DNA from: Podarcis muralis
Taxonomy: Eukaryota
NCBI RefSeq assembly: GCF_964188315.1
Contig: NC_135656.1
Location: 50,034,001-50,098,000 of the forward strand
Direction of reading: 5' to 3'
DNA: 64,000 bases
Shown: positions 61,334-64,000 of the stretch, one piece after another
Numbering within the stretch: the stretch's first letter is position 1
Layout: each line of letters begins with the position of its first letter
Program-made: the position numbers and the translations under genes
The notes under the pieces: generated by a model
Seen by the model: the letters and a program-made list of their open reading frames with translations, nothing else
Databases searched by the model: none
Told to the model about the DNA's origin: nothing

Positions 61334-61434
61334 CTTTGAGTGTGTACGTATTTGCATGAAATCAGCTGCATACTTTGTAAACACATCGATGTAGTTCAAT
61401 AGTACTGGTATGTGATGCTGCTGGGTATGAATAA
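61334..61434 (+). repeat. ~100-bp direct duplication, copy A (partner 62840-62941)
   Basis: Manual alignment gives 9 substitutions and 1 indel over about 101 nt. Confidence 0.9.
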
Positions 61435-61537
61435 ATGGGGGAACTAGCAACTGAGGAATCTTAACATAAAGGCAGAACTTCATACGTCTGATGTAGCAAT
61501 ACTTTATTTGGGGGGTGGGGAAGAAAGAAGGAGCTAT

Positions 61538-61538
61538 T

Positions 61539-61604
<66 letters not shown>
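61538..61604. repeat. Compound (GT)n(GA)n microsatellite
   Basis: About 12 GT units then about 21 GA units. Confidence 0.95.
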
Positions 61605-61607
<3 letters not shown>

Positions 61608-61891
61608 CTCCACAAGGGGCCAACAGAACATGCAGAATCAAAACTCTGAGCATATTTTCCTTTATTAACAGACTGATGCCTTTAAAAGGCAACAACGGGA
61701 AAACCACAGAGCTAAACAGTCTAAGTAACCAAGGGATCCTCTGCATCCCTGTGGAAAATATAGAGCAAACCTTATCCTGTGCACGTTCCAGTCAGCCAGA
61801 GACCAAATCACAAGACCGATCAGCTCGCACTTCAAGCAGCTTGGCTGAATAAGAGAGTCTAAATCAGGAAAGCCTCAGCCAGAGTATCTAA

Positions 61892-62059
61892 NNNNNNNNN
61901 NNNNNNNNNNNNNNNNNNNNNNNNNNNNNNNNNNNNNNNNNNNNNNNNNNNNNNNNNNNNNNNNNNNNNNNNNNNNNNNNNNNNNNNNNNNNNNNNNNNN
62001 NNNNNNNNNNNNNNNNNNNNNNNNNNNNNNNNNNNNNNNNNNNNNNNNNNNNNNNNNNN
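61892..62059. other. Assembly gap (168 N)
   Basis: Run of N. Confidence 1.
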
Positions 62060-62839
62060 CTGGACAAAAACTGAGAGCACATGGGGCAAGTCAGAGTGAG
62101 TTTCACCCTGGTGCAGTGGGTTGTCTTATCATAGAGATTTGGTAACTACTTCAACTACTGCAGGAATAAATTGCACAGGAACACTCCATAAGGCCAAATC
62201 TGCCACACAATAAAATAAAGTCGTACAGCGTGTTGTCGTCATCAACACAACAGATTACAAAAAATGAGGAAAATGCCACATGCATCATGAACGTTGAATA
62301 ACAGGTATTTTGCCAAAAAAAGAATAATTGCTGCTAGCCCCAAGGGAACAAAGGGAACAAATTGAATCACAGGAGGGGACACGCCTCCCTCCCTCCTCAT
62401 CTGCTTTACTACCTTATATGTAGATCAGGAGGGGGGCAGAAGAGCAAAACGCTGGGTACTGCACAGGTAGGTTCTTGTTTCCCTCCTGCAAAAATATATT
62501 CCACTCAATGATCTGTATCACAATCAATGTGCTCACTAAGGAAGGAACTGGGGTGGGTGGGAACGACTGCATTTTTCCAGCAACAAATATGGCACTTCTG
62601 AATACTGGGTAAATGCCATTTCTTCAAACAGAAATGCTATCACAGAGAAAGACTACAGCTGAAACCACACAAGCGTTTTCAAATACTTTAATGATTATCA
62701 CTCAGGAATCTTTCCCCATTTCATGAGTTATGCACTTCCTACTTCAAGTGTCAGCATACCAGCTTCAGCTACTGATGGAGAAGCCCCTCCACACATACCT
62801 TCGTAATCTGGATGTGGGCTTATACTGCCCTGTTGCAGA

Positions 62840-62941
62840 CTTTGAGTGTATACATATTTGCATGAAATCAGCTGCATGCTTTGCAAACACATCAATGTAG
62901 TTCAGCAGTACTGGTATGTGATGCTGCTTGGGTACAAATAA
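62840..62941 (+). repeat. ~100-bp direct duplication, copy B (partner 61334-61434)
   Basis: ctttgagtgtatacatatttgcatgaaatcagctgcatgctttgcaaacacatcaatgtagttcagcagtactggtatgtgatgctgcttgggtacaaataa. Confidence 0.9.
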
Positions 62942-64000
62942 TACGAGAATCAGTGTCACAACCAACCAGCAGAGGAACTCTCCATTCACTCACAGGTATG
63001 CCTTCCCTGGCATATTTCGGTTGCTGCTACCATTAAACTATTCAGCCAAACAGCTGAAGGACGTAACGGCCACAAGCAGCCTTGGGAAGCCATCCCTAAC
63101 TAATGGAAATAGCACCCATTGGTTTTCCTTTCTATTGCAGGCTTTTAAAGGGCAAACTGCAGATTTCCCTCCCTCCCCTCCATTAAATGAGCTGGATGTA
63201 TTCTTAATGTACTCGGTGTACCAAATATCAGGGCAGTGAAGGGCACTCGCCTTGCCTTGTTTTTCTCCCATCCCCAAATGTCACACCTGCTGTGTACCCT
63301 GGAATTCATCATTCTGAGGTGTCACCACCACTCTTCCCTTTGCAACCCTGGCTGAATACAGAACCTGCTCACAAGAAGGCAGGATGCTTTTAATCACATG
63401 GCAGAGTTGTGCAATGTGTATTATTTAACATGATTATTTTATGTTCACAAAAGCAACTGCTGCTTATGGGACTCCAAATACATGTAGATTTTCAGGGAGG
63501 ATGGGGGCTGCACAGAACTGCATTTCACCTTTCTAACAGTTTTGTTTCATTATCATATTCATTTCAGTCCTATCTCTGAATGCTAATCAGTGTAGGGTAA
63601 AAAGAATAAAGAGAACAATTCCAGGTAAATCAAGGCCAGGCATTCTAAAGTGAAGGTGGATCGTCGTGCACTCTGGTAAACCAAAGTGCCTGAGACACTT
63701 GGATGACAAAAGGAGATATGCCAACAAAATCCTGCAAAGGTGTTTTTTAAAATATATATATATATATAATATGTGCCTTTAAGGGTCAAAACCCAAAATG
63801 AGCACTGCTCAAATTAGGTGTGGTGTAATATAAAAGCCAGATGGCAACTTTGCTTTTAAGGGCTGATTGAAGAAGAGTTTTGGATTGAAAGCCAAAACAA
63901 CTGAAAGATGTGTCCTAGAGAAATCCAGACCATAAAAAGAAAAGAAAAAAGATGGTTTGAAGGGACTTGTGCAAAGATCTGCGGCATAGGGAGAAGGCTG

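Larger units (their letters stand above)
2456..64000 (-). other. PPARGC1B: PPARGC1B intron 1 (3' part; canonical exon 1 not in window)
   Basis: Lies upstream of the exon 2 acceptor. No exon-1-like coding sequence or large CpG island seen. Mammalian PPARGC1B also has a very long first intron. Confidence 0.75.

Noticed and set aside
2456-64000. miR-378 (hosted in mammalian PPARGC1B intron 1) and canonical exon 1
   Set aside because: No match seen by eye to ACUGGACUUGGAGUCAGAAGGC or to an LLDEELSSF-like exon. In mammals miR-378 lies close to exon 1, probably outside this window, and it may be mammal-restricted. A BLAST search is needed to confirm absence.

Overview
Eukaryotic, vertebrate DNA. 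The repeat content (Sauria SINE, Squam3-type SINEs, tRNA/CR1-tail SINEs, squamate hAT and Tc1-mariner MITEs) points to a squamate reptile, most likely a lacertid lizard. Only one protein-coding segment is supportable: exon 2 of PPARGC1B (PGC-1beta) on the minus strand (2282..2455, 174 nt, AG/GT-bounded, phase 0/0). Positions 1..2281 are therefore intron 2 and 2456..64000 are the 3' part of a >61 kb intron 1. I did not find the canonical exon 1 (MAGNDCGALLDEELSSF-like) or a promoter-sized CpG island, so both probably lie beyond the window. All other ORFs in the track look like chance or repeat-derived frames. There are two N gaps. Most notable observations: (i) a TSD-flanked Penelope-type insertion forming a perfect 89-bp inverted repeat, with a complete minimal hammerhead ribozyme core in the host-gene sense orientation; (ii) candidate unannotated PPARGC1B exons, namely in-frame alternative first coding exons (MFGLK, MELYSADLCLESAGQK, a weaker ...MQLR) and a 75-nt stop-containing cassette in intron 2; (iii) two SINEs with the same CR1 tail but different tRNA heads, one carrying the unusual GAT anticodon; (iv) several compact nuclear-receptor/E-box motif clusters. 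All were found by eye, without alignment or folding software. Repeat boundaries are approximate unless a TIR or TSD is cited.
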